Positions 1 through 7,921 of a stretch of 10,888 nucleotides of DNA are shown here, one piece after another. A program made the position numbers and the translations under genes. The stretch is from Chthoniobacteraceae bacterium (GTDB lineage Bacteria > Verrucomicrobiota > Verrucomicrobiia > Chthoniobacterales > Chthoniobacteraceae), in contig JBEBGD010000147.1 of the NCBI GenBank assembly GCA_040081625.1, positions 1 through 10,888 of the forward strand. Direction: 5' to 3'. The notes beneath the pieces are model-generated. The model did no database searches. It worked only from the letters and a program-made list of their open reading frames with translations, and was not told the DNA's origin. Every line of letters starts with the position of its first letter. Positions within the stretch are counted from its first letter, which is position 1.

Positions 1-30
1 CCCCCCCCCCCCCCCCCCCCCCCCCCCCCC
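1..30. other. 30-nt poly-C run at window/contig edge; probable sequencing or assembly artefact
   Basis: Pure C homopolymer at 1-30 that abruptly replaces the coding sequence of the minus-strand ORF. It is poly-G on the other strand, the typical no-signal tail of two-colour Illumina chemistry. Confidence 0.85.
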
Positions 31-425
31 ACCACCAGCCGGTCGAAGATCCATCGCTCCTTCGCCGTCGCCCACTCCCGCTCCCACTCCGCGATTTCCT
101 CCGCGCGCGCCCGCTCCTCCCCGGTGCGCGCCATCTCCGCTTCCTGCTTCTTCATCGCCTCCGCCTCCGCTGCCTTCAGCTCCGCTGCCGCCGCTTCCGC
201 CGCCCGCATCGGCCAGTCTGCCTGGTCGAAGAAACCCGGCTCGGAGGCCCGCTTCGCCGCGATGATCGCGAGAAACCGTTCGTTCAGCGGCGAGCCCGCC
301 TTCGCGAGCGCCGGATGCTTCTCCACCGCTGCGCGCTGCCATCGCTCGACCAACTGCGGCGAAGGCGCCGCGGGAGCCGCGACGATGTCGGCGAGAAAGG
401 CGAGGGGAGCGAGTTTGAAAAGCAC
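31..425 (-). CDS. Hypothetical protein, 3'-truncated by the window edge/poly-C (not in the supplied ORF track)
   Basis: Manual translation from GTG at 425 (in-frame TAA upstream at 458-456): MLFKLAPLAFLADIVAAPAAPSPQLVERWQRAAVEKHPALAKAGSPLNERFLAIIAAKRASEPGFFDQADWPMRAAEAAAAELKAAEAEAMKKQEAEMARTGEERARAEEIAEWEREWATAKERWIFDRLVV. No stop before the poly-C. Codon usage is G/C-ending, with a hydrophobic N-terminus and an E/A/K-rich coiled-coil. The + ORF 124..459 is its antisense shadow. Confidence 0.75.
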
Positions 426-530
426 AGCATCACAAGCGCCGAGCGCTGCGCCGGCTTAGGCGTGCGACGGCGCGGCGCGGCTCGATCGCGGCTTGACCCC
501 GGCGAGCCCGCTCCCGAAAACGCGCCCCCG

Positions 531-1481
531 ATGAACTTCTCCCGCATCTGCCCGGCATTCGCCTGCTTCCTCCTGCTGCTCGCAATCGCCGCCGAGCCGC
601 CGCGCATCCTCGAAGGCCACGCCGGCTCCGTGCTCGGCATCGAGTATTCCCCCGATGGAAAGCTGCTCGCGACAAGCTGCCGCGATCACACCATCAAGCT
701 TTGGGACCCGCGCACCGGCGCGCTCGAGCGCACGCTCACCGACCACACCAAGGACGTGTTCGATATCACGTTCTCAGCTTCCGGCGACCTCCTCGCGAGC
801 GCGAGCGCGGACCAGACGATTCGCATCTGGGACACGCAGACCTGGAAAGCGAAAGCCGTGATCGAGGGCCACACCGACACCGTGCGCGCCGTGGCTTTCT
901 CCCCGGATGCAAAGAGCCTCGCGAGTGTGAGCCTGGACCTGACAGTGCGCTTGTGGGATGTCGCCACCGCGAAGCCGCTGCGGACGCTCACCGGCCACAC
1001 CGCGCGCGTGAAGTCCGTCGCCTTCTCGCCCGACGGCAGCACCCTCGCGACCGCGAGCAGCGACCGGACGATCCGCCTTTGGGATCCGCAGACCGGCGAG
1101 ACGAAGTCGATGCTCAGCGGCCATACCGGCGACATCGAGACGATCGCCTATTCGCCCGATGGCCGCACGCTCGCGAGCAGCAGCGGCGACACCACTGTGC
1201 GGCTTTGGGACATCGGCACGGGCAAAGCGCGCGCCACCCTCGAGGGCCACACAGCCGAGGTCGATTCGGTCGCCTTCGCCCCCGATGGGCGGACGATTGC
1301 GAGCGGCAGCAAGGACACGACGATCCGGCTTTGGGACGCCGTCACCGGCAGGCTGCTGCGCACGCTGACCGGCCACATCGGCCGCGTCGAATCGCTCACT
1401 TTCTCCCCCGATGGCCGCGCGCTCGCGAGCGGTGGCGGCGGTGGCGACACGTCGGTCCGCCTGTGGGAACTTGGGCGCTGA
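531..1481 (+). CDS. Secreted WD40-repeat protein (single 7-bladed beta-propeller), 316 aa
   Basis: Seven ~42-aa GH...WD/WE repeats (GHAG, DHTK, GHTD, GHTA, GHTG, GHTA, GHIG, each followed by a FSPDG..LAS.S.D.TIRLWD-like segment). ATG 531 gives a signal peptide (MNFSRICPAFACFLLLLAIAA-EPP). The track's longer start at 315 overlaps the divergent gene. Confidence 0.93.
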   Translation: MNFSRICPAFACFLLLLAIAAEPPRILEGHAGSVLGIEYSPDGKLLATSCRDHTIKLWDPRTGALERTLTDHTKDVFDITFSASGDLLASASADQTIRIWDTQTWKAKAVIEGHTDTVRAVAFSPDAKSLASVSLDLTVRLWDVATAKPLRTLTGHTARVKSVAFSPDGSTLATASSDRTIRLWDPQTGETKSMLSGHTGDIETIAYSPDGRTLASSSGDTTVRLWDIGTGKARATLEGHTAEVDSVAFAPDGRTIASGSKDTTIRLWDAVTGRLLRTLTGHIGRVESLTFSPDGRALASGGGGGDTSVRLWELGR

Positions 1482-1565
1482 TGCGCGCCGTGTAGCGTCG
1501 GCTCGAGATGCCGGGGGGCAACATGTCGCTTGTGAATCGGCGCGGTTTGCTTTTTAACCACCGGA

Positions 1566-1826
1566 GTGATGCTCCCCGCGCTTCGTTGGTTTGCCATGCT
1601 CCTGCTCGTCCGGGCCGCGCTGCCCGCGGTGGATTATTTTCCGCCGCCGGATGGCGAAGGTGGCTGGCGCGCGCTTGCGACGGCGGAGGAGATCCGCGCG
1701 AAGGCGGGGATGGATCTGCGCGGGTCGCCGCTTAATCCGCGCGCGCCGTTTAACGAAGGCTCGCTCGGCGGCGAGGCGCTGTGGCGGGTGTTGGAATTCG
1801 TCGCGGGTGCGGTGAGAGATCCCTGA
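1566..1826 (+). pseudogene. Probable truncated gene: signal peptide plus N-terminal motif of a secreted serine hydrolase (beta-lactamase-like), broken at about 1718
   Basis: Signal peptide MLPALRWFAMLLLVRAALPA followed by DYFPPPDGEGGWRALATAEEIRAKAGMDL. I recall this as the YFPPPDxxGGWRxL...AGMD N-terminus of PVC/Acidobacteria serine hydrolases. After it the sequence shows no such features and no SxxK motif, and the ORF stops at 86 aa. Confidence 0.5.
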
Positions 1827-1832
1827 GCTGCG

Positions 1833-2561
1833 ATGGCAAAGGAGCCGCTGAATTCTCCGTTCCCTGAGACGAAGTGGACGGTCGTGCTGAAGACGCGCTC
1901 GAACCGTGATGAGCCGGCGACGAGCGGCGCGCTGGCGCGGCTTTGCACGGACTACTGGTATCCGCTCTACGCCTTCGCGCGGCGCAGTGGGCAGAGCCCG
2001 CCCGATGCGGAGGATGCGACGCAGAGCTTTTTTGCCTATGCGCTGGAGCGGAATCTTTTCGCGTCGGCGGAGCCGCAGCTCGGGAGGTTGCGCAGCTTTT
2101 TGCTCAAGGCGTTCGAGCGCCATATCGCCGACGCGACGGTGCGTGACGGAAGCTGGAAGCGTGGAGGGCGGTGCGAGTTCATCTCGATCGAAGTCGGCGA
2201 GGCGCGCTATGCGGCGGAGAAGGCTGAAGCGGCGTCGGGCTTTTTCGAGAGGACGTGGGCTTACGCGGTGCTCGACTCGACGCTGAGCGAGCTGGGCGTC
2301 GAGGAGGAGGCTGCGGGCCGCGGGGAGACGTTCCGCGTGCTCGAGGCGTTTATTTGGGCCGATGTCGGCGGGGAGGCAGGCTATGCGGACGCCGGAGCCC
2401 GGCTCGGGATGACTGAAGCGGCCGCGCGCCAGTGGGTGGGGCGGCTGCGCGGTCGATTTCGGGAAGTCCTGCGCCGGCGCATTGCCGACACGCTGCACAA
2501 TCCCACCAACTCGCAGATCGACTCCGAATTGGCGACGCTGCGCGACGCACTGCACGGATGA
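1833..2561 (+). CDS. ECF-type RNA polymerase sigma-70 factor (Planctomycetes/Verrucomicrobia kinase-associated type)
   Basis: FPETKWTVV N-terminal motif, ALARLCTDYWYPLYAFARR, sigma2 DAEDATQSFF, GRLRSFL, WKRGG, and a sigma4 HTH (YADAGARLGMTEAAARQWVGRLRGRFREVLRRRIADT). Lies directly upstream of a Ser/Thr kinase gene. Confidence 0.92.
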   Translation: MAKEPLNSPFPETKWTVVLKTRSNRDEPATSGALARLCTDYWYPLYAFARRSGQSPPDAEDATQSFFAYALERNLFASAEPQLGRLRSFLLKAFERHIADATVRDGSWKRGGRCEFISIEVGEARYAAEKAEAASGFFERTWAYAVLDSTLSELGVEEEAAGRGETFRVLEAFIWADVGGEAGYADAGARLGMTEAAARQWVGRLRGRFREVLRRRIADTLHNPTNSQIDSELATLRDALHG

Positions 2562-2619
2562 GCGCGCCGAAGAATTGGCTTCCGTCCGGCAGGCGCTTTG
2601 TGATTGAGCAGAGGTGGCC

Positions 2620-4431
2620 ATGAGCGATACGCCAACGCCTTCGCAGCACGCATCCAAACCCGGGCCTCCGCGGCTCGACGCTGAGAGCGCCGGGAGGCTG
2701 CTGGATATCGGGCAGGAACCCGAGCCGCCGCCGGATCCGCTGCCGACGCCCGAGGAGATCCAGCGCAACCTTCCCCAATACGACATCCTCGATCGGCTCG
2801 GCCGCGGCGGGATGGGTGTGGTCTATAAGGCGCGGCAGCGAGGGCTCGACCGGGTGGTGGCGATCAAGCTGCTCCCGCCGAAGCTGAGCGGCGACGCGGA
2901 TTTTGTGGCGCGCTTCGAGCGGGAGGCGCGGGCGATGGGGAAGCTCAACCATCCGAACATCGTGACCGTGCATGACAGCGGTCGGACGGTCGAAGGCCGG
3001 CTGTTTTTCGTGATGGAGTTCGTCGATGGGAGCACGCTCGCGGACTTGATCGGCTCGGGCTCGCTCGACGCGCCGCAGGTGCTGAGCATCACCGCGCAGA
3101 TCTGCGACGCGCTGGCTTACGCGCACGGCGAAGGTGTGGTGCATCGCGATATCAAGCCGGCGAACGTGATGGTCGATTGGCACGGGCGGGTGAAGGTGGC
3201 CGACTTCGGATTGGCGCGGCTGGTCGGGCCGGAGGTCGATCCCGGCTTCACCACGACCGGCACGATCATGGGCACGCCCGATTACATGGCGCCCGAGCAG
3301 CGCCGGGGGATGCACGTGGATCAGCGCGCGGATATTTTCAGCGTCGGCGTGATGCTCTACGAGATGTTCTGCGGGACGGTGCCGCGCGGCGTATTCACGC
3401 CGCCCTCGGCACACTCCGGCTGCGATGTGCGCATCGACGAGATCGTCCATTGTGCGATGCAGCAGGAGCCTGACCGGCGCTTCCAGAGCACGCAGGATCT
3501 GAGGGCGGCGATCGAGGTGGTGCGGAGCACGGGCGCAAAGTTGCCGCGTCCGCCGCGGAAAAAATCCCACGCCCGGCTGGTCGGCGGGCTGTCGGTGTTC
3601 GTGGTGCTGGTGGCGGTCGGGCTTGCGGTTTTCGACCCGGATGGCAGGGCGCGGAAGACGGGCGGCGGAGCACAGCCTGGCGTCGTGCCGAACGATCCGA
3701 TCGCGGAGGTCAAGCGCGTGATCGCAAAGCTCAAGGAATTCAATCCGAAGTTCGACACGACCACGGCGTCGTGGAAGGTGGAGGAGGATCGCGTCGTCGA
3801 GTTGAAGCTGAATATCACGGCGATCACCGACCTCTCGCCCGTGCGCGCGCTCGGTTCGCTCAAGCGGCTGCGGCTTGGCCAGGCCGACCAGACCAGTCCG
3901 CTCGATACGTTGGACGATTTGGAGGGACTCGCGCTGGAGTGGCTGGAGTGCCACAACAGCAACATTTCCGGCGTGGAGGCACTGCGCGAGATGCCACTCG
4001 GATGGTTTGTCTGCCAGGGGGCTAAAGTCAGCGACTTAAGTCCGCTGGCGAGCAGCCCGATCTACTCGCTCGGGATCAATCAGACGGCGGTCACGACGCT
4101 GGATGCGGTGCGCGGGATGCGGCTGAAATTTCTCAACTGCGGGCGGACCGACATCAGCGACCTCTCGCCGCTGCGGGGAATGCCGCTGACCGATTTCAAC
4201 TGCTCGCGCACGCGCGTCCGCGACCTGAGCCCGGTGAAGGGAATGGCGCTGACGCGACTGATCTGCGATCAGGCGTTCATCGAGGATCTCGAGCCGCTGC
4301 GCGGGATGCCGCTCAAGGAGATCGAGTGCGACTTCGATCCCGCGCGTGACACGGAACTGCTACGCTCGATCCGCACGCTGGCGAAAATCAACGGGATGCC
4401 GGCTGCGGAGTTTTGGAAACAGGCGCGGTAG
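2620..4431 (+). CDS. Membrane Hanks-type Ser/Thr protein kinase with C-terminal extracytoplasmic leucine-rich repeats
   Basis: Catalytic motifs present: GRGGMGVVY, VAIK, RFEREA, HRDIKPAN, DFG, GTPDYMAPE, DIFSVG. A basic stretch precedes a TM helix (LVGGLSVFVVLVAVGLAVF, ~3577-3633). About 8 21-aa LRRs follow (ISDLSPLRGMPLTDFNCSRTR type). GAGG at 2611-2614 favours ATG 2620; GTG 2614 is the alternative. Confidence 0.95.
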   Translation: MSDTPTPSQHASKPGPPRLDAESAGRLLDIGQEPEPPPDPLPTPEEIQRNLPQYDILDRLGRGGMGVVYKARQRGLDRVVAIKLLPPKLSGDADFVARFEREARAMGKLNHPNIVTVHDSGRTVEGRLFFVMEFVDGSTLADLIGSGSLDAPQVLSITAQICDALAYAHGEGVVHRDIKPANVMVDWHGRVKVADFGLARLVGPEVDPGFTTTGTIMGTPDYMAPEQRRGMHVDQRADIFSVGVMLYEMFCGTVPRGVFTPPSAHSGCDVRIDEIVHCAMQQEPDRRFQSTQDLRAAIEVVRSTGAKLPRPPRKKSHARLVGGLSVFVVLVAVGLAVFDPDGRARKTGGGAQPGVVPNDPIAEVKRVIAKLKEFNPKFDTTTASWKVEEDRVVELKLNITAITDLSPVRALGSLKRLRLGQADQTSPLDTLDDLEGLALEWLECHNSNISGVEALREMPLGWFVCQGAKVSDLSPLASSPIYSLGINQTAVTTLDAVRGMRLKFLNCGRTDISDLSPLRGMPLTDFNCSRTRVRDLSPVKGMALTRLICDQAFIEDLEPLRGMPLKEIECDFDPARDTELLRSIRTLAKINGMPAAEFWKQAR

Positions 4432-4446
4432 CGGCGGCGCTGTGCC

Positions 4447-5946
4447 TCAGACCCACGAACCGTCGGGCTGCCAGTGCTTGCAGCGCACGTCGGCGGAGGC
4501 GAGCACTTGTGAGCCGGACTGGATGATGTCGTGGACGGCGGCCCAGTCGTAGGCGCAGTTTTTCAACGACCAATCGCGGGTCGGACGGAAGGCGATCGCA
4601 TCGAAGACGGGGCGGCGCATGAGCGTGCAATAGAATCCCGTCGCATCGACCGGCAGATAGTCGCCGGGGCTCGGCGGTTCGCTGAGTGCGGTGCCGCCCT
4701 GCCAGAGGATCCACTGGTCCTCGAAGCGCGAGCGCGCGCAGCCGGTGACCGCGCCGGCCTTGGGGTGACGGAACAGCCCCTTGCACAAATGATGGAGCGC
4801 GTGCGCCGGCGGCTCGATGTCGTCCTCGACCGACCAGACGAAATCCGCTCCGCCTGGCACGTGCTGGCGCGCGACCGCGTAGAGCCGCGCGAGATGAGCT
4901 GCCAGTGCGTAGGAATGCTGGCTGCGTTGCTCGCGGCTCGCGGCGAAATCGGCGGCTTCGACTTCGGGCAGCGCCTGTGCGCGGTCGGCGACGTAGCTGA
5001 AGGCCAGGCCGCAATCCGCGAGGCGTTGCTTGAGGGCGCGGGAGAATTCCGGGTCGTTGGAATTGTCGAGCGCGACGAGGTGCAGGTTGTCGCGATTCCA
5101 GTCGAGGCGGTCGAGCCACTCGAAGTGCCGGTCGAGCGCCCAGCGCCGCCCGGAGAAAAGCGTGAGCACCGCGATCATGCACGACTGGCGCAGCGGCGCG
5201 ACGTGGATGTCCACGTTGCCCTCGCGGATGTTCGACATCTGCGCGCGGTGGATGCGGTAGTTGAGGATCGCACCCGGCACCTGACGCATCTCCCAGCCGT
5301 GACGCGTCAGATCCAGCCACATCATCCAGTCAGTCAGGAAGCTGTCCTTCCTCCATCCGCCGACTTGCTCGAAGGCCTCGCGCCGGACCAGCGAGCACGC
5401 GTCCGCGAGATTGCGCCGGCGCAGATGATCGCGATCAAAAGGCTGGACGCTCGGGCTCAGGCCGAGCGTTCCGGATTCATCGAAGTGCAGCAGATTGCCA
5501 TACACCGCGCCGATGTTCGAGCCCGTCATCTCGGTGCGAAGCTGCTCGTGGTAGGTCCGAGAGAGAGAATTGTCCGCGTCTACGAAGAGCAGGAATGGTG
5601 TGCGGGGTGACGCTGCGAGTCCGCGCATCCGGGCGGAGCCGAAGTTCCTCCACTCGCCGCGCACGTAGCGCACGCCGCGCGCCGCGAATTGCTGCGCGAC
5701 CGCCGCGGTGTCGTCGTCGCTCGCATCATCGACCACGACGATGCTCTCGAACGGCACGCTCTGGTTCAGGCACGACTCGATGCACTGCGCGAGAAATCGT
5801 CCGTAGTTGTGCGAGGTGATGACACACGCCGTGCCCGCATAGCGCGACGGCTCTGTCGCCATCACGATGTCGGAGTGCGAGCCGGCGTAGCTCGAAAGGA
5901 TTGGCTGCTTCTGCTTCGTTTCTTGGAGCGCGTTCTTCGTCTTCAT
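4447..5946 (-). CDS. Glycosyltransferase family 2 protein with a second C-terminal GT-A-like domain
   Basis: N-domain: VITSHNYGRFLAQCIESCLNQ, VVDDASDD, LLFVDADN (DxD), FEQVGGW, TDW. C-domain: LDRLDWNRDNLHLVALDNS, FVWSVEDDIEPP, GFYCTLMRR, YDW, VRCKH. The real start may be ATG 5862 (MATEPS). Confidence 0.88.
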   Translation of the reverse strand: MKTKNALQETKQKQPILSSYAGSHSDIVMATEPSRYAGTACVITSHNYGRFLAQCIESCLNQSVPFESIVVVDDASDDDTAAVAQQFAARGVRYVRGEWRNFGSARMRGLAASPRTPFLLFVDADNSLSRTYHEQLRTEMTGSNIGAVYGNLLHFDESGTLGLSPSVQPFDRDHLRRRNLADACSLVRREAFEQVGGWRKDSFLTDWMMWLDLTRHGWEMRQVPGAILNYRIHRAQMSNIREGNVDIHVAPLRQSCMIAVLTLFSGRRWALDRHFEWLDRLDWNRDNLHLVALDNSNDPEFSRALKQRLADCGLAFSYVADRAQALPEVEAADFAASREQRSQHSYALAAHLARLYAVARQHVPGGADFVWSVEDDIEPPAHALHHLCKGLFRHPKAGAVTGCARSRFEDQWILWQGGTALSEPPSPGDYLPVDATGFYCTLMRRPVFDAIAFRPTRDWSLKNCAYDWAAVHDIIQSGSQVLASADVRCKHWQPDGSWV

Positions 5947-6286
5947 ATCTGGGTTCCTCAGTTAACGATTTCGCACTGACGTCTCGCAAAGAATGGTGCG
6001 TGGAGGCAAGCAGGAATTTCCCGGTTCGATCATCGCGATGAATCTGCGCGGCGGGTGCGCCGAGCAGATATTTTATTTTTCGCCGTCACGAAACCGGCCA
6101 GATTCCCAATAGAGATAGTGAATGCATCTCATCACGCCCATCTCAACCGAGGCAAATCTCGAGGAACAGCACCAGCGTTCATCCTTTGGTGAGAGAAGCC
6201 GCACCGCCGTGGTCCCTTCGTGGCTCGAGTTCAGGACGCGGCGGTGCGGCAGGGCGGCGAACCGAAATCCCGGGAACCCGTGAACG

Positions 6287-6652
6287 ATGGAAACCATGTC
6301 TGAACCAGCGCAGCACCCGCATGGCAGAGTGAAGCCGACGATCTTCAGTGTGCTCGATCTGAGCAGCGGCGAATATGACCAGTTCACACCCGGGGGCACC
6401 TTCGTCGTGCGTGGCCGCGGGTTTGGCGAGCTGCCCGACCCGCCGCGCAATCTCGGCGTCTATATCCATGGCCCGGGCGCCGCGCTGCAACGCATCGAGC
6501 ACTACGAGCGATGGAGTGACCGCGAAATCCGCGCCTGCTGGCCCGGCACGATTACCGGGTCGTTGTGGTTATTTGTCGAGGCGTGCGAGGCCGATCACGA
6601 GGTGCAGAGCGCCATCCACTGCACGCCGCTGATGCTCGGCCGCGGCAGTTGA
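6287..6652 (+). CDS. Small hypothetical protein, Ig-like fold (DUF4469 / IPT-TIG-like)
   Basis: PTIFSVLDLSSGEYDQFTPGGTFVVRGRGFG...LGVYI...WSDREIRACWP...GSLWLFV matches the remembered P-I-SV-D--SG----TPGG---I-G pattern of DUF4469 and the WSDxxI of IPT domains. Divergent from the GT gene across an AT-richer spacer. Alternative ATG at 6296. Confidence 0.6.
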   Translation: METMSEPAQHPHGRVKPTIFSVLDLSSGEYDQFTPGGTFVVRGRGFGELPDPPRNLGVYIHGPGAALQRIEHYERWSDREIRACWPGTITGSLWLFVEACEADHEVQSAIHCTPLMLGRGS

Positions 6653-6664
6653 TCGAATGTGGGG

Positions 6665-6700
6665 GCGCCGCTGAGGGGCGTGGGGAGCCTTCAGCGGCGC
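6665..6700 (+). terminator. GC-rich stem-loop, possible intrinsic terminator or REP-like element
   Basis: GCGCCGCTGA (6665-6674) is the exact reverse complement of TCAGCGGCGC (6691-6700), extendable by GGG/CCT pairing. It sits 12 nt after the 6652 stop and has only a weak U tail (GCGGTTTGT). Confidence 0.45.
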
Positions 6701-6761
6701 GCGGTTTGTGGAGCGCGAAAGCACTGGCGTCGCGCGCTGCCCGTGCGGATGATCGCCGCCC

Positions 6762-7439
6762 ATGAAACTCATCCTCCTTCTCCCCATCGCCGCCGGCTTG
6801 ATCCTCCATGCGCACGCAGCCGACGACGGATTCGTGAAACTTTTCGACGGCAAAACGCTCGACGGCTGGGAGCAGCACAGTGGCAAGGCCGAGTATCGCG
6901 TCGAGGACGGCGCGGTCGTCGGCAAGACCGTGCTCAACACCGGCAACTCCTTCCTCTGCACGAAGAAAAAGTATGGCGACTTCATCTTCGAGTTCGAATT
7001 CAAGGTCGCCCCGGCCATGAACTCCGGCGTCCAGTTCCGGAGCGAATACTACGCGACCGACACCACCGCCACGATCGCCGGCAAGGAGCGCAAATTTCCC
7101 GCCGACCGCGTCTTCGGCTACCAGTTCGAGATCGACCCGAGCGCCCGCGCCTACACCGGCGGCGTGTATGATGAAGCCCGCCGCGGCTGGCTCTTCGACC
7201 TCAAGGACAACGAACCCGCGCGCAAAGCCTTCAAGCAAGGCGAGTGGAACAAAGGCCGCATCGAGTGCCGCGGCGACAGCATCAAGACCTTCATCAACGA
7301 CGTGCCCGCCGCCGACTTCAAAGACGAGCTGACAAAGGAAGGCGTCATCGCCCTCCAGGTCCACGGCATCGGCAAAAAGACCGAGAAAGCCGGCGAGGAA
7401 GTGCGCTGGCGCAACCTGCGCATCAAGGAACTCAAGTAG
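6762..7439 (+). CDS. Secreted DUF1080 family protein (3-keto-disaccharide hydrolase-like)
   Basis: Signal peptide (..HAHA-ADD), then LFDGKTLDGW, YGDFIFEFEFK, NSGVQFRS, GYQFEID, GGVYDE, GEWN, GVIALQVH, VRWRNLRIKEL. Confidence 0.93.
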   Translation: MKLILLLPIAAGLILHAHAADDGFVKLFDGKTLDGWEQHSGKAEYRVEDGAVVGKTVLNTGNSFLCTKKKYGDFIFEFEFKVAPAMNSGVQFRSEYYATDTTATIAGKERKFPADRVFGYQFEIDPSARAYTGGVYDEARRGWLFDLKDNEPARKAFKQGEWNKGRIECRGDSIKTFINDVPAADFKDELTKEGVIALQVHGIGKKTEKAGEEVRWRNLRIKELK

Positions 7440-7463
7440 TCCGTCCGCACTCCACCGCTTCTT

Positions 7464-7907
7464 ATGAAACCCACGCTCATCCTCCTCGCCACCGCGATCC
7501 TATCACTCGCCGCCTCCGCGGCCGACAAACCCAGTGCCGAGGCCCTCGAGGCGAAGTTCATCGAGACCATGACCGCCGCGACGATGGCTGGCCGCTGGTG
7601 CTCTATCAAAGACGGCGTGCTCGGCCCGGAAAAGGCCGACAAATACACCATCGTCAGCGTCGCGAAGGTCAGCGGCGACGCCTGGGTCATCAACACCCGC
7701 ATCCAATACAACAAGCAGGACATCGTCGCCCCCATCCCCGTCAAAGTGCAGTGGGCCGGCGACACGCCTGTCATCATCGTCGATCAAATCCCCGTCCCGG
7801 GCGGCGGCACCTACTCCGCCCGCGTGCTCATCCACGGAGGCACCTACGCCGGCACGTGGAGCGGCACCAACTACGGCGGCCTGCTCAACGGCATCATCAC
7901 GAAGTAG
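7464..7907 (+). CDS. Conserved secreted hypothetical protein (beta-rich, PVC-type)
   Basis: Signal peptide (MKPTLILLATAILSLAASA-ADK) and strong C-ending codon bias like the upstream gene (24-bp gap, likely co-transcribed). Motifs: VKVQWAGDTPVIIVD, GTYSARVLI, YAGTW. Confidence 0.85.
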   Translation: MKPTLILLATAILSLAASAADKPSAEALEAKFIETMTAATMAGRWCSIKDGVLGPEKADKYTIVSVAKVSGDAWVINTRIQYNKQDIVAPIPVKVQWAGDTPVIIVDQIPVPGGGTYSARVLIHGGTYAGTWSGTNYGGLLNGIITK

Positions 7908-7921
7908 CGCGCTCCCCGCGC

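Noticed and set aside
1..30. Poly-C as a biological homopolymer or contingency tract
   Set aside because: It lies at the sequence edge and cuts a gene, so a sequencing artefact is the simpler explanation.
476..498. CGCGGCTYGA direct repeat and TTGACC -35 box between the divergent genes
   Set aside because: Short and GC-rich with no credible -10 at the right spacing, so likely chance.
315..530. N-terminal extension of the WD40 ORF from ATG 315
   Set aside because: It overlaps the divergent minus-strand gene, is Arg-rich and low-quality, and ATG 531 yields a clean signal peptide.
1554..3954. Long minus-strand ORFs 1554..2786 and 2350..3954 (also 701..1495, 4531..5610, 7244..8176, 8381..9340, 9880..10719)
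   Set aside because: These are shadow or alternative frames of well-supported genes. They are Arg/Pro/Ala-rich with no motifs, as expected in high-GC DNA.
6122..6283. 53-aa ORF or riboswitch (GGCAAA...GAAA, c-di-GMP-I-like) upstream of the Ig-like gene
   Set aside because: The peptide has no recognisable features or codon bias, and the paired stems and spacing needed for the riboswitch consensus are not present.
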